Positions 26,920-35,019 of a DNA stretch of 49,013 bases are shown here, piece after piece. Numbering within the stretch: the stretch's first letter is position 1; each line of letters opens with the position of its first letter. Origin of the DNA: a virus; UHGV virus genome UHGV-0069399; one strand, 5' to 3'. A program made the position numbers and the translations under genes. The notes beneath the pieces were generated by a model. It did not search any database. It was not told the origin of the DNA and saw nothing but the letters and a program-made list of their open reading frames with translations.

Positions 26920-28491
26920 TTAAATCCGTAGGTTAGTGACTTTGCCGACTTTCTTCGGCGGTGAATGTAATACGGCGTAGCGCGTACCATCCCAGTCGTG
27001 GTCTTCTTGCTGGGTGTCAACGTCATCAGGGTTCTTGCTGTCGCGAACGAGTACCGGCACACGGCTTATCCAGCCCCGGCAGTAATCAAACACGTAAAAT
27101 GCTGGCTTCTCAGGCATGCCTGACTCCAGCTTCTTGCCCTCAATGACGGCCTCGAGCATGTCAGCAAATAATGCTGCGCCGTTCACGCGCGATCCGGGTT
27201 TCTTATTGGATGGCACCCATTTAACGCCCTGCGATTCCATCTTCTGGGCAATGGATAGCTCATCATCGCCGGTGTTGTATATAGCCCCATCAGCCGGGCC
27301 GGAACTAACCTGCTTGCAGATGCCCGGCATTATGTTCAGTTGTCCCTGCGTCACGCCGTTGAGCTTTATCTCATCCGGCTCAGCAAGTTCTATTCCCTTA
27401 AGACGTTTATCAACCCATGCCACGCCTTTTGCGACGTTCGTCGAGGACATATTCAGACCTTTGTTCAGCTCATCAGGCGGGCAGCCGTACCACTCACCTA
27501 TCAGAATCAGCGACCCGGCAGGTGGGCAGAACTGGCGACCGTCCGACAGCTCTGCGGCGGTGCCGTCAGTACGCGCCCACCATAGATTAGAGAAGGGTTT
27601 CGATTCGCCCCAGTCATGGGAGCGGTCGACGGTCCAGCTATCCGGTATCCGGAACGGTTTGATAACGTGTAGTGACGCATTCCACAGGTGGTCAAAGCGT
27701 CCGCCGCTGGTGACGTCCCAAGAGCCCTCTACCCACGCTTTACGCCGGTTAGGGTCTTTGATAGCCATCAACGTCGCTATGTATTGCGGATCGAGATACG
27801 GGTTCTCTTTAAATGAGCCGTGAATCGCAACGCGGGTAAGCGTTACATCCTCTTCCCGCTCCGTCTGCGGGTTAAACACCTTCTGCGTTTCGCGAATGAT
27901 GGTGCCGCGCGGTGCTGGCTCAATGAAGCGCTTCTTCACCCAGGTATGGCCGATGCCAAACGGGTTCGTCGTGCTGAACGTTTCCAGGGGAATAGGCTTC
28001 AGCATGCTACCGTCAGGCAGCGGATAGTTTTCTGGCCGGAACGACGAGCGACGGCATGAGAACATCATTTCGTAGAACTCGGCAGACTGCTGTTTTGTAA
28101 GTTCGTTAAAGCCGATAAACGGGAACTCCTGTCCGTGATAGTCCCAGTAGTCGCTCTCTTCTTTCCCGAAGCGGAAAAGCAGCTCCTCTCCGGTCGGCCA
28201 AACCCATCGCAATTCACTGGCGGATGCAAGATATCGAGCCCCGTCGTTAAACAGGCGATACATACGTTTTGACTGGGTAATGATGTCGGTGAGGTTTTTA
28301 TACTCGGTATCGAAAATGACACCTCGCCAGAACGAGCCATAGCCCAGGCCAACCAGTCGACGAAAGCGCGCCAACTGCGCAGCAGTCTTACCAGGTCCGC
28401 GCGTCCCCTCGTAGAGGATTTCGTTACATGGGCAACTCAGGGAGAGCGATTGCGACCCCGGCAAAGGTTTCCAGACGGCTTTATAATTCAT
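26920..28491 (-). CDS. terminase large subunit
   Basis: 523 aa; N-terminal Walker A motif GTRGPGKT; C-terminal nuclease-like region; position. Confidence 0.9.
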   Translation of the reverse strand: MNYKAVWKPLPGSQSLSLSCPCNEILYEGTRGPGKTAAQLARFRRLVGLGYGSFWRGVIFDTEYKNLTDIITQSKRMYRLFNDGARYLASASELRWVWPTGEELLFRFGKEESDYWDYHGQEFPFIGFNELTKQQSAEFYEMMFSCRRSSFRPENYPLPDGSMLKPIPLETFSTTNPFGIGHTWVKKRFIEPAPRGTIIRETQKVFNPQTEREEDVTLTRVAIHGSFKENPYLDPQYIATLMAIKDPNRRKAWVEGSWDVTSGGRFDHLWNASLHVIKPFRIPDSWTVDRSHDWGESKPFSNLWWARTDGTAAELSDGRQFCPPAGSLILIGEWYGCPPDELNKGLNMSSTNVAKGVAWVDKRLKGIELAEPDEIKLNGVTQGQLNIMPGICKQVSSGPADGAIYNTGDDELSIAQKMESQGVKWVPSNKKPGSRVNGAALFADMLEAVIEGKKLESGMPEKPAFYVFDYCRGWISRVPVLVRDSKNPDDVDTQQEDHDWDGTRYAVLHSPPKKVGKVTNLRI

Positions 28492-29063
28492 CCACCAAGA
28501 ACCTCGCTCTGCTGTTTCTGTGCTGCTGCTTCCCAGCTATCCACATTGTCGCTGGTCGGTACCAGAATAACGTTGTGGGTCGCCACGACTTTCTGTTCGA
28601 CCTGCTCTTTGAAGGCCTGCACCTTGATGTGCTTGCCGAGCAGTTCAAGGTTCTTGACCTTATCCGGCCACTTAATCTTCTTGAGCAGTGCGGCGGTGTT
28701 TCCCTCGGCGGACATCTCGACGACATCCAGCCCGGATAATGTCGTCCTCCAGACCTTCGGCCACTGTGACACTGGCCTGAGTTCACCGGTCGAGGTCAGG
28801 ATGTCCAGCACGTCCATCTGGTCTATCTCAACGAGACGATTCAGGACGTATGTCGCATTTATGCCAACCAGATCATTGCGTTGCGCTTTAAGTTCGGCAA
28901 TTCTGGCCTGGATGTCAGGTTTTGACAGGTTTTCGGACGCAGTGCGGTTAGCTGTCTTTGCGCTGTACCCCGCCCGAATAGCCGCTTGCGTGGCGTTTAA
29001 ATCGATGAGGTACTCGCGACAGAACATCTCTTGTTTGTCGGTAAGTGCCATGTTTACCTTCAA
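28488..29063 (-). CDS. terminase small subunit (Terminase_2-type)
   Basis: N-terminus LTDKQEMFCREYLIDLNATQAAIRAGYS is the characteristic small-terminase DNA-binding motif; overlaps the terL start. Confidence 0.85.
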   Translation of the reverse strand: MKVNMALTDKQEMFCREYLIDLNATQAAIRAGYSAKTANRTASENLSKPDIQARIAELKAQRNDLVGINATYVLNRLVEIDQMDVLDILTSTGELRPVSQWPKVWRTTLSGLDVVEMSAEGNTAALLKKIKWPDKVKNLELLGKHIKVQAFKEQVEQKVVATHNVILVPTSDNVDSWEAAAQKQQSEVLGG

Positions 29064-29073
29064 GGAGCAGGAT

Positions 29074-29265
29074 ATGAGTAATTATAAAATTGGTGACAAA
29101 GTGAAACTTAAATCCGGCGGACCGGTTATGACTGTTCATGACACCAATGTGCAAGTCCCAAAATATCGGGGAAACTTACGGTGCCAATGGTTTGCAGGAA
29201 AGAAACTTGAAGAAGGTTATTTCCCGGATGACTCACTTGAGGAAGTCGGGGATGACGAACAATAA
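29074..29265 (+). CDS. DUF2158/YodC-like small protein (63 aa)
   Basis: AGGAGCAGG RBS then ATG at 29074; MSNYKIGDKVKLKSGGPVMTV motif typical of the YodC-like small-protein family; opposite strand to the structural operon. Confidence 0.65.
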   Translation: MSNYKIGDKVKLKSGGPVMTVHDTNVQVPKYRGNLRCQWFAGKKLEEGYFPDDSLEEVGDDEQ

Positions 29266-29524
29266 GGATCAAACCATCCTCTGGATGCTTGAACATCTCA
29301 AAAAAGACGGATGTCTATATCAAGATGATGTAGTCGATCATTTGGTTAAAACTAAAAATGAAGACCTTTTAGTTGAGAATGCCGACGGAAATTTAGCTTT
29401 GAGTCGTCAGATTCTTACTTTGTTTATGAAACATACAGCAGACGATGTTGTTTGGGTTAAGCCGCAGCGTTATTGGCGCTATCGTGTCGCTGAGGATGAA
29501 CCTGGTCGTGAGGCCCGTGGGTAA
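29252..29524 (+). CDS. hypothetical protein (90 aa), coupled to the YodC-like gene
   Basis: ATG overlaps the stop of the upstream gene; followed by a terminator. Confidence 0.55.
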   Translation: MTNNKDQTILWMLEHLKKDGCLYQDDVVDHLVKTKNEDLLVENADGNLALSRQILTLFMKHTADDVVWVKPQRYWRYRVAEDEPGREARG

Positions 29525-29528
29525 ATTA

Positions 29529-29553
29529 AAGGGCGATCATTCGCCCTTTTCTT
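29529..29553 (+). terminator. rho-independent terminator of the plus-strand two-gene unit
   Basis: AAGGGCGA-tcat-TCGCCCTT hairpin followed by TTCTT. Confidence 0.6.
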
Positions 29554-29749
29554 CGACACTCTCTTCCAATGGCGTGAACTGCACGCGCTTTACATCGGCC
29601 GGAGCAAAATACAGCCACTGGCCCGTTTCCGTCGCCAGCGGCACAAAACCGTTAACCAACTCAGGCTGACGTCTCGACATCTTACCAGTGAAGGTTTCGC
29701 CTGTTTAGGTAGTGAAGAGATGTGGTAGATGTAGGACATTGAGCGCCTC

Positions 29750-29797
29750 TTTATCCGCTGGTAGGGATATCTAGTTTATTATCCGCTGTAGGGGATA
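29750..29797. repeat. direct repeat pair TTATCCGCTG(G)TAGGG(G)ATA, ~28 bp apart
   Basis: Two near-identical ~19-bp copies (29750-29769 and 29778-29797) in a non-coding stretch between the bidirectional terminator and the packaging-gene side. Confidence 0.6.
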
Positions 29798-29827
29798 ATG
29801 AAAAACTCACGTTCAATCATGCAATGT

Positions 29828-29852
29828 AAAAAACCCCGGCAGAGCGGGGTTT
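29828..29852 (-). terminator. rho-independent terminator downstream of the 164-aa accessory gene
   Basis: CCCCG-gcagag-CGGGG hairpin flanked by an A-run and a T-run. Confidence 0.6.
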
Positions 29853-29869
29853 GAAAGTGCCATTAAGAA

Positions 29870-30364
29870 TTAGAGTTCTCTTTTGAAAATACGCGCAGAG
29901 GCTACTTTATCTGTGCCGTTCATTCCATACGGATGTTGCGTATGGTACTTACGAAGCAGTAAATCGCATACCTCTTGATGTCTTGAGAGAAGAATTTTGT
30001 CAACATCACCCTGGTTTTTTGCATCAGGGAATACGTCTAGGTTGACCAAAAACAAAAAGTCATCTTCACCATGCGGGGTGTGAGCCACATACAGATATCC
30101 TTCATCTGCGATTTTAATTGCTGTAAAGCCTGTAACCGATGAAGGCTCAATATATTTATCAATTTCGCCTGGAGGAAGTAAACCTAGAGCATCACGAACC
30201 AATGTGGTGCAGAAAGCCACATCATTAGGATCGTCAAAGTTAACAGCTCGCGTCGCTTGGTTTTTACCAAATGTCTGAAGAATCTTTTCTTCACTATAAC
30301 CTTCTTGGTCCAAATATCTAATCCACTGATATAGGTGCGCCCAAGGATTTCTTTTCCAGCCCAT
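29870..30364 (-). CDS. hypothetical protein (164 aa), accessory gene between lysis and packaging modules
   Basis: ORF with an AT-rich upstream region and its own terminator; no family recognised. Confidence 0.65.
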   Translation of the reverse strand: MGWKRNPWAHLYQWIRYLDQEGYSEEKILQTFGKNQATRAVNFDDPNDVAFCTTLVRDALGLLPPGEIDKYIEPSSVTGFTAIKIADEGYLYVAHTPHGEDDFLFLVNLDVFPDAKNQGDVDKILLSRHQEVCDLLLRKYHTQHPYGMNGTDKVASARIFKREL

Positions 30365-30801
30365 TTCACTCTCCTTTTACCAAAGAAATCCAATAGTACC
30401 GTATATATGTTAGTTCTGTGAAATCTGTAAAATTTAATTAAGACACTGTTCTTTGACGTAGTCCTGCAGATACCCAACCTGCTTCGTCACTGTGACGATT
30501 TGCCCTCTGAGGGTGAAATAATCCTGTTCGACGGCTCAATAAGTTGGGTCGTTACCATCATCCTTACCGATGATGTTGTCTGTTTCACTCACTCAGTAGT
30601 TAGTATGGTTCTGCATTGTCCCTTCACTAATGTCGTGCTGCGATATAATTTCACGGAGGGACATCACTCCGGCACAGCACGCCGTCCCGATGGCCTCCCA
30701 GTCCGGCTTGCTCATGCTTCTTTCCTATTAAAGTAATCCCATTGATGACCTATGGTAAGACGGAAGTAAACCTGTCATCTATGCTACCGAGGAAATTCTC
30801 G

Positions 30802-30990
30802 ATGGACGAAACAATTACTGAAAATGCTATTAAGCAAGCATATAGCGTTACCATCATGCAGCTTTTTAATGTCTATCTAAATTCAGCAAACGATCCCAAC
30901 GCATCAGCAAGATTTCAGGAAGGGCTTCGTCTTGCGATACAAGTCCGAGATGCCTGTATGCAAATCGCCTCCCAAAACCATGCGCCATGA
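30802..30990 (+). CDS. hypothetical small protein (62 aa)
   Basis: GAGGA RBS 8 nt upstream of ATG 30802 (MDETITEN...); convergent with the minus-strand small genes. Weak call. Confidence 0.3.
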   Translation: MDETITENAIKQAYSVTIMQLFNVYLNSANDPNASARFQEGLRLAIQVRDACMQIASQNHAP

Positions 30991-31077
30991 ATTTATTAGC
31001 GGCTATTCACAAACTGCCATTACGATGGGGCTACCCATGGTGATGGCAATAAAAAACCGCCCGAAGGCGGCTTGTTA

Positions 31078-31407
31078 TCAATTACTTAATAACTTTTCGA
31101 TATTGGATGGGATCGGAGCTCCAGGCTCTGCTTTCAGCTTGCTTAGTCTTATGATAATAGCCTGCTTCTCCGCCTCACTCGCTGCTTGGTAATAGGGTTT
31201 TATCCCTTTAATGATATCGTCAACTGTAGCAGTAGAACCAACGCCAGCGCCTGGCTCGTTTTTATTCAAAGCGCTGTAAATAATTTCCTCAATAGCCTGA
31301 TTCATAGTTATTACCCAAAATGAGTGGCGACATACCACAACCTGTATATCGATGTAATACTCGTTGCCCTGTTCAAACTGCTCATGCTGGGGTTTAAGGA
31401 TGCCCAC
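31078..31407 (-). CDS. hypothetical protein (75-109 aa depending on start)
   Basis: ORF immediately downstream of the 72-aa gene (GTG start directly after its stop, or ATG at 31305). Confidence 0.45.
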   Translation of the reverse strand: MGILKPQHEQFEQGNEYYIDIQVVVCRHSFWVITMNQAIEEIIYSALNKNEPGAGVGSTATVDDIIKGIKPYYQAASEAEKQAIIIRLSKLKAEPGAPIPSNIEKLLSN

Positions 31408-31413
31408 GCTTTC

Positions 31414-31632
31414 CTACGCAGTATCGCCGTCAGCCGGTGAGGCAGCTTCAACCACAACCACGTGTGACATCTGGCTTTGCGCAGTTTTTTGCGCAGCTGG
31501 CTTTTTGATATAGCGCCGCGCAGATGTGTAATTCAGTCCCTGCTCTTCGCACCAATCTTTCGGGGAAATACCTGATTTGGCATGGTCGGACAGGAACCGT
31601 TGCTGAAGCTCGCCCCAGTCCGGTTTTGCCAT
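31414..31632 (-). CDS. small DNA-binding-type protein (72 aa) resembling a small-terminase N-terminal HTH domain
   Basis: MAKPDWGELQQRFLSDHAKSGISPKDWCEEQGLNYTSARRY resembles the N-terminal DNA-binding domain of P22/Sf6-type small terminases; too short to be a complete terminase subunit. Confidence 0.5.
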   Translation of the reverse strand: MAKPDWGELQQRFLSDHAKSGISPKDWCEEQGLNYTSARRYIKKPAAQKTAQSQMSHVVVVEAASPADGDTA

Positions 31633-31988
31633 GATTATTCACCAAGTGATCAATATCTATTATCGTAAGGAGGAATAACGTGTATTTTACAAAGTTTGTA
31701 TTTTTATGCTCAGAGCGTAACCATGATCATCGAAGAAGCTAGAGGCTTTTTATTTCAACAAGGTATGCTGGAAGAATGTGTTAAACATCCTATTTATATA
31801 ATTAACGGAAGTACGGATAAGCAGGATGACCCAGTGGTTTTATCTGAATATCTAATCATGATAAATAGCAACGGGGACACCATTGCTGGGCGTTCACCAA
31901 ATAGTCAATGGAGCATGTACCCCATCGCTATTAAAGACACGCACCCTAATATAACAAGTCATCTGCACGCTATAACTATCCCATAATT

Positions 31989-32549
31989 TTATTGGGCGGC
32001 ATTCGCGTTGACTTGTCTCAGCATTTCAATTTCCCGGATGCCCGCTAGCTGGTTATTCGCCTTCTCAATGGTAGCCAGCAGCGGATTAATCCATAGAACA
32101 GCCTGACAGTACGTTATTGAGCTGGCGGCAGCGGTGCTATCACCGGCTGCGTCAGCGTTCCCGGTATCGGGTTGCATTGCGCTGGCACGTAAACGGTACG
32201 CGTATTTGAGCAGCCCACCAGCAACATCAGCAGGCACAGGCAGATCACAGTTTTTTTCACGTCGTAGAATCTCCCGGTATTTGATGACTGTTCTCTCTGT
32301 GCCGGCATCTATCAGCGAATTCATGCGGCTGGCGTTCTCTGCTACTTGGTTAAACCGGTTGAAGTTGAAAGCCTGTGTAGTTATTACCGTCGCCTGTAAT
32401 GCGTTATCGCTGCGCAGTACCCGGTTGTCATTCTCGAACGCGGTCAGCGCCGCATTGCTGCGTACCAGCAGAACACAGAGCACCGCAATGATGGTTACGA
32501 CGACCACCAGCAGAATCGCGACAATCGTAATTTTGCTGGTTTTCATCAA
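31989..32549 (-). CDS. i-spanin (Rz-like)
   Basis: 186 aa; N-terminal transmembrane segment then coiled-coil periplasmic domain; directly downstream of the endolysin gene; contains the embedded Rz1 frame. Confidence 0.8.
   Translation of the reverse strand: MMKTSKITIVAILLVVVVTIIAVLCVLLVRSNAALTAFENDNRVLRSDNALQATVITTQAFNFNRFNQVAENASRMNSLIDAGTERTVIKYREILRREKNCDLPVPADVAGGLLKYAYRLRASAMQPDTGNADAAGDSTAAASSITYCQAVLWINPLLATIEKANNQLAGIREIEMLRQVNANAAQ
32114..32260 (-). CDS. o-spanin (Rz1-like lipoprotein) embedded in the +1 frame of Rz
   Basis: GTG start at 32260 with GGGAGA RBS; lipobox LVGC; proline-rich mature region ([23 protein letters not shown]); wholly inside the Rz gene. Confidence 0.65.
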   Translation of the reverse strand: MKKTVICLCLLMLLVGCSNTRTVYVPAQCNPIPGTLTQPVIAPLPPAQ

Positions 32550-33118
32550 AATACCCCCGGAACTGATACCGGAATGCCTGGGTTAAGCGGCCCGAGCCCA
32601 TCACCAAGAACCTGCGGTTTTTCTGCCCACAGGCAAACTTCACGCTCAATCTCACGCCGGGTGATTAAACCCTTCCACTGTTTGCCACCGGCATATGTCC
32701 AGCGCCGTAATTGTTCGCAAGCCCCTTTTGTGTCGCCCAGGTTGATTTTGCGTAGCAGCGTGGAGGTTTTGAAGTTGCCAGCACCGACGTTGTACGCGAA
32801 TGAGTAAAGTGCACCCCGCATTGTTGCCGGGATCGGAACCTTGATGTAGGGGTCAATCTGACGTGCGATGGTATTCAGATCTTTTGTGAGCAGAATGGCA
32901 CACTCTGTCTCGGTGTACGTCTTCCCGATTTTGACGTCGCTGCCAGTGTGCCCGTAGCATACCGTCCAAACCCCAACTACATCCCGATAAGGCTGATAGC
33001 GCACACCTTCAAGGCCATCATTACCCGTTGGACCAATAATCAACGCCGCTGCGATAGCAATAGCGCCAGCGGGTATAGCTGCAATAACGCTATTCTTCAG
33101 CTTTGGTGGCATAGCCAT
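32546..33118 (-). CDS. SAR endolysin (T4-type lysozyme, GH24) with N-terminal signal-anchor-release domain
   Basis: Hydrophobic Gly/Ala-rich N-terminus ([22 protein letters not shown]) followed by a lysozyme catalytic region ([23 protein letters not shown]); overlaps the holin stop. Confidence 0.85.
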   Translation of the reverse strand: MAMPPKLKNSVIAAIPAGAIAIAAALIIGPTGNDGLEGVRYQPYRDVVGVWTVCYGHTGSDVKIGKTYTETECAILLTKDLNTIARQIDPYIKVPIPATMRGALYSFAYNVGAGNFKTSTLLRKINLGDTKGACEQLRRWTYAGGKQWKGLITRREIEREVCLWAEKPQVLGDGLGPLNPGIPVSVPGVF

Positions 33119-33368
33119 TGCGCCGATCCTCCCGTTCTTTCCAGCGGAAATACCAGTTCACTGCACAGGTAATAACTGTGCATGCGATACCGACAATAAT
33201 TGCCCAGTCGCTCAGGCTTAACCCTGCAATTCTGTCGGCCAACATCCAGGACACCTCTTTTGCTGTTTTAGCTGTTTCGGCATATGCCTTCGCTGATACA
33301 CCGCAGCCGGTCAGCGTGGTTCCTGTTCCATATGAAAGTCTGCTGTAAATGGTGCTCATTCTGGTCAT
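33090..33368 (-). CDS. holin (pinholin-like, phage 21 S-type, dual-start MTRM)
   Basis: GGAGGTGAGG RBS upstream of ATG 33368; two transmembrane segments; C-terminal [13 protein letters not shown] resembles the S21 pinholin tail; pairs with the SAR endolysin. Confidence 0.75.
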   Translation of the reverse strand: MTRMSTIYSRLSYGTGTTLTGCGVSAKAYAETAKTAKEVSWMLADRIAGLSLSDWAIIVGIACTVITCAVNWYFRWKEREDRRNGYATKAEE

Positions 33369-33479
33369 AGCCTCACCTCCGATTTTTCGGATGGCGCTGT
33401 GTGTGATGAAAGGGTCAGGCTTCACGGGCTGGATTTATCAACAAAGCACGTAGTAATTGATTCCCGTGAGCCTGAAATG

Positions 33480-33503
33480 AAAAAGGCCGCCATTTGGCAG
33501 CCT
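33480..33503 (-). terminator. possible terminator (tR'-like) between the lipoprotein gene and the lysis cassette
   Basis: 8-bp stem with one mismatch (AGGCTGCC / GGCGGCCT) and a short T-run on the minus strand. Confidence 0.35.
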
Positions 33504-33748
33504 CGAAAAAAAATAAGATTGTTTAAATCGACATATTAAGTGGATTACCAAAAACCTCTGACATAGCGATAAGACAAATGATGTCGCTATAAGTAACATG
33601 TCATATACCAACGACTGATTTTCCTTTCAGCCTCCTAACAGAGGTATCCGTGCAATGCGCTATCTGAATAGCTCATCACGTACGATACAGCAACATTCTT
33701 CTGTATTAAAATCTATGAAATGAGCAACTGATAATAGTGGTTCAAATA

Positions 33749-33994
33749 CTATCGGCATGAAGCGCTGGTACTGCATTGTAGTGTATCAGTAGGCACCCAT
33801 TTACCATTGCTACATACGAATTTCTTCACTCCAGGAAAACCACCTGAAGTTGCACACGTATAGCATTTCTCTTGCCCATTTACACATGCAGATTGTATTT
33901 GGTTGGGTGATTTATCAATTGTGGAAGAGTTTGTGCTGCATGCTGATAGAAAAAACGCTGATAAAACAGTGGAGTAAAAAATTATCTTATGCAT
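33749..33994 (-). CDS. Cys-rich small lipoprotein (81 aa), gene between Q and the lysis cassette
   Basis: Signal peptide with lipobox LSAC; six further Cys in the mature part; embedded in ~700 bp of AT-rich DNA. Confidence 0.7.
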   Translation of the reverse strand: MHKIIFYSTVLSAFFLSACSTNSSTIDKSPNQIQSACVNGQEKCYTCATSGGFPGVKKFVCSNGKWVPTDTLQCSTSASCR

Positions 33995-34199
33995 TTTTTA
34001 TACCTTCATAAGATTATTAATATTATATATTTATCATTATAGGCGCCTTTAAAAATCCTTCCAACCGACATTCAGAATGCTTTTTCTTACTCTCCAGAAA
34101 CGCAAAAACCCAAGGCGTCAACCTCAGGCTTGAAAACTCATTTACTGCCAGTGCATACAACAATGGCACAATATCAGATTTACACGAAATATATCCATT

Positions 34200-34889
34200 T
34201 CAGTTCGGTTTTGCAAGACTTACATCCAAATTTGTCGCCTTTTGTTGTGAACGTGATCGCGAAACAGAAAGGAGCGCCTGATTATCAAGGTGCACGAATT
34301 CTTGTTTCATCGCCAGCCAGTGCGGGAGGTAGGTTTCAGTCCAAGTTGGCTTTGATACCCCTACCAGTTGCGCCAGCTGCTGGTACTCGTATGTGCTGCG
34401 CCCTGCTAGTTCTGCTTTCACATCCTGAGCAGCAAGCCAAATTAACGCCTTCAACCGTTCGATGGTTTTACCAGCTATCTTTCGAGACCCCATCTGCGAC
34501 TTGAATTCAGCCCACGCCCACTGAGTAATCAACACCTGACTCTCCCAGCTTACGTTCTCGCTGTAGTTCCACAGTAGCCAGGCCTTCTGGGGTTCTTCAA
34601 GTGACATCAGCGCCCGGCGCCACGATGCGGTGTAGAATTCTACCGGCTGCACCAGGGGAATATGTGAACCCTTGGCATGCGACTGTTTGCCCGGTATTGG
34701 TGGGTTATCCAGCGTAATCATTTTCCCGGTCACTTCATCATACACACGGAGCTTCTTACGTTTAAACGTTCCCGTATCAAACTGGGCGTTCTCAAGCCAC
34801 GCCATCAACTGCCCTTTCGTCGCACCACTTAAATCGGCGGTGGCCACCATCAGCTGCTGGCGCACGTATTCGAGAAATTGAGTGTTCAT
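34200..34889 (-). CDS. putative late-gene antiterminator (Q-like)
   Basis: 229 aa at the Q position (after the nin-like region, before the late promoter and lysis genes). Call is positional; the sequence is not lambda Q-like. Confidence 0.5.
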   Translation of the reverse strand: MNTQFLEYVRQQLMVATADLSGATKGQLMAWLENAQFDTGTFKRKKLRVYDEVTGKMITLDNPPIPGKQSHAKGSHIPLVQPVEFYTASWRRALMSLEEPQKAWLLWNYSENVSWESQVLITQWAWAEFKSQMGSRKIAGKTIERLKALIWLAAQDVKAELAGRSTYEYQQLAQLVGVSKPTWTETYLPHWLAMKQEFVHLDNQALLSVSRSRSQQKATNLDVSLAKPN

Positions 34890-35019
34890 ACAGTACCGCC
34901 TATGGTTTTAATGTAGTTCTTCAGTATTCGGTAGTCCGTCAGCACAGAGCCGGGGAAATGGTATAAGCGCAATCGCTGCCAGCGAACGCGGAGGTGATCG
35001 GCAAGGTAGGTTTCGAATG

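Noticed and set aside
28450-29265. 271-aa plus-strand ORF spanning the small terminase gene
   Set aside because: It runs antisense through the terminase small-subunit coding region; only its last 63 codons (29074-29265) have an RBS and a recognisable YodC-like sequence. The long form is a shadow ORF.
33430-33750. Phage-borne tRNA genes between Q and the lysis cassette
   Set aside because: Lambdoid phages sometimes carry tRNAs here, but I found no T-loop (GGTTCGA/GGTTCAA-type) or cloverleaf-compatible sequence in this stretch.
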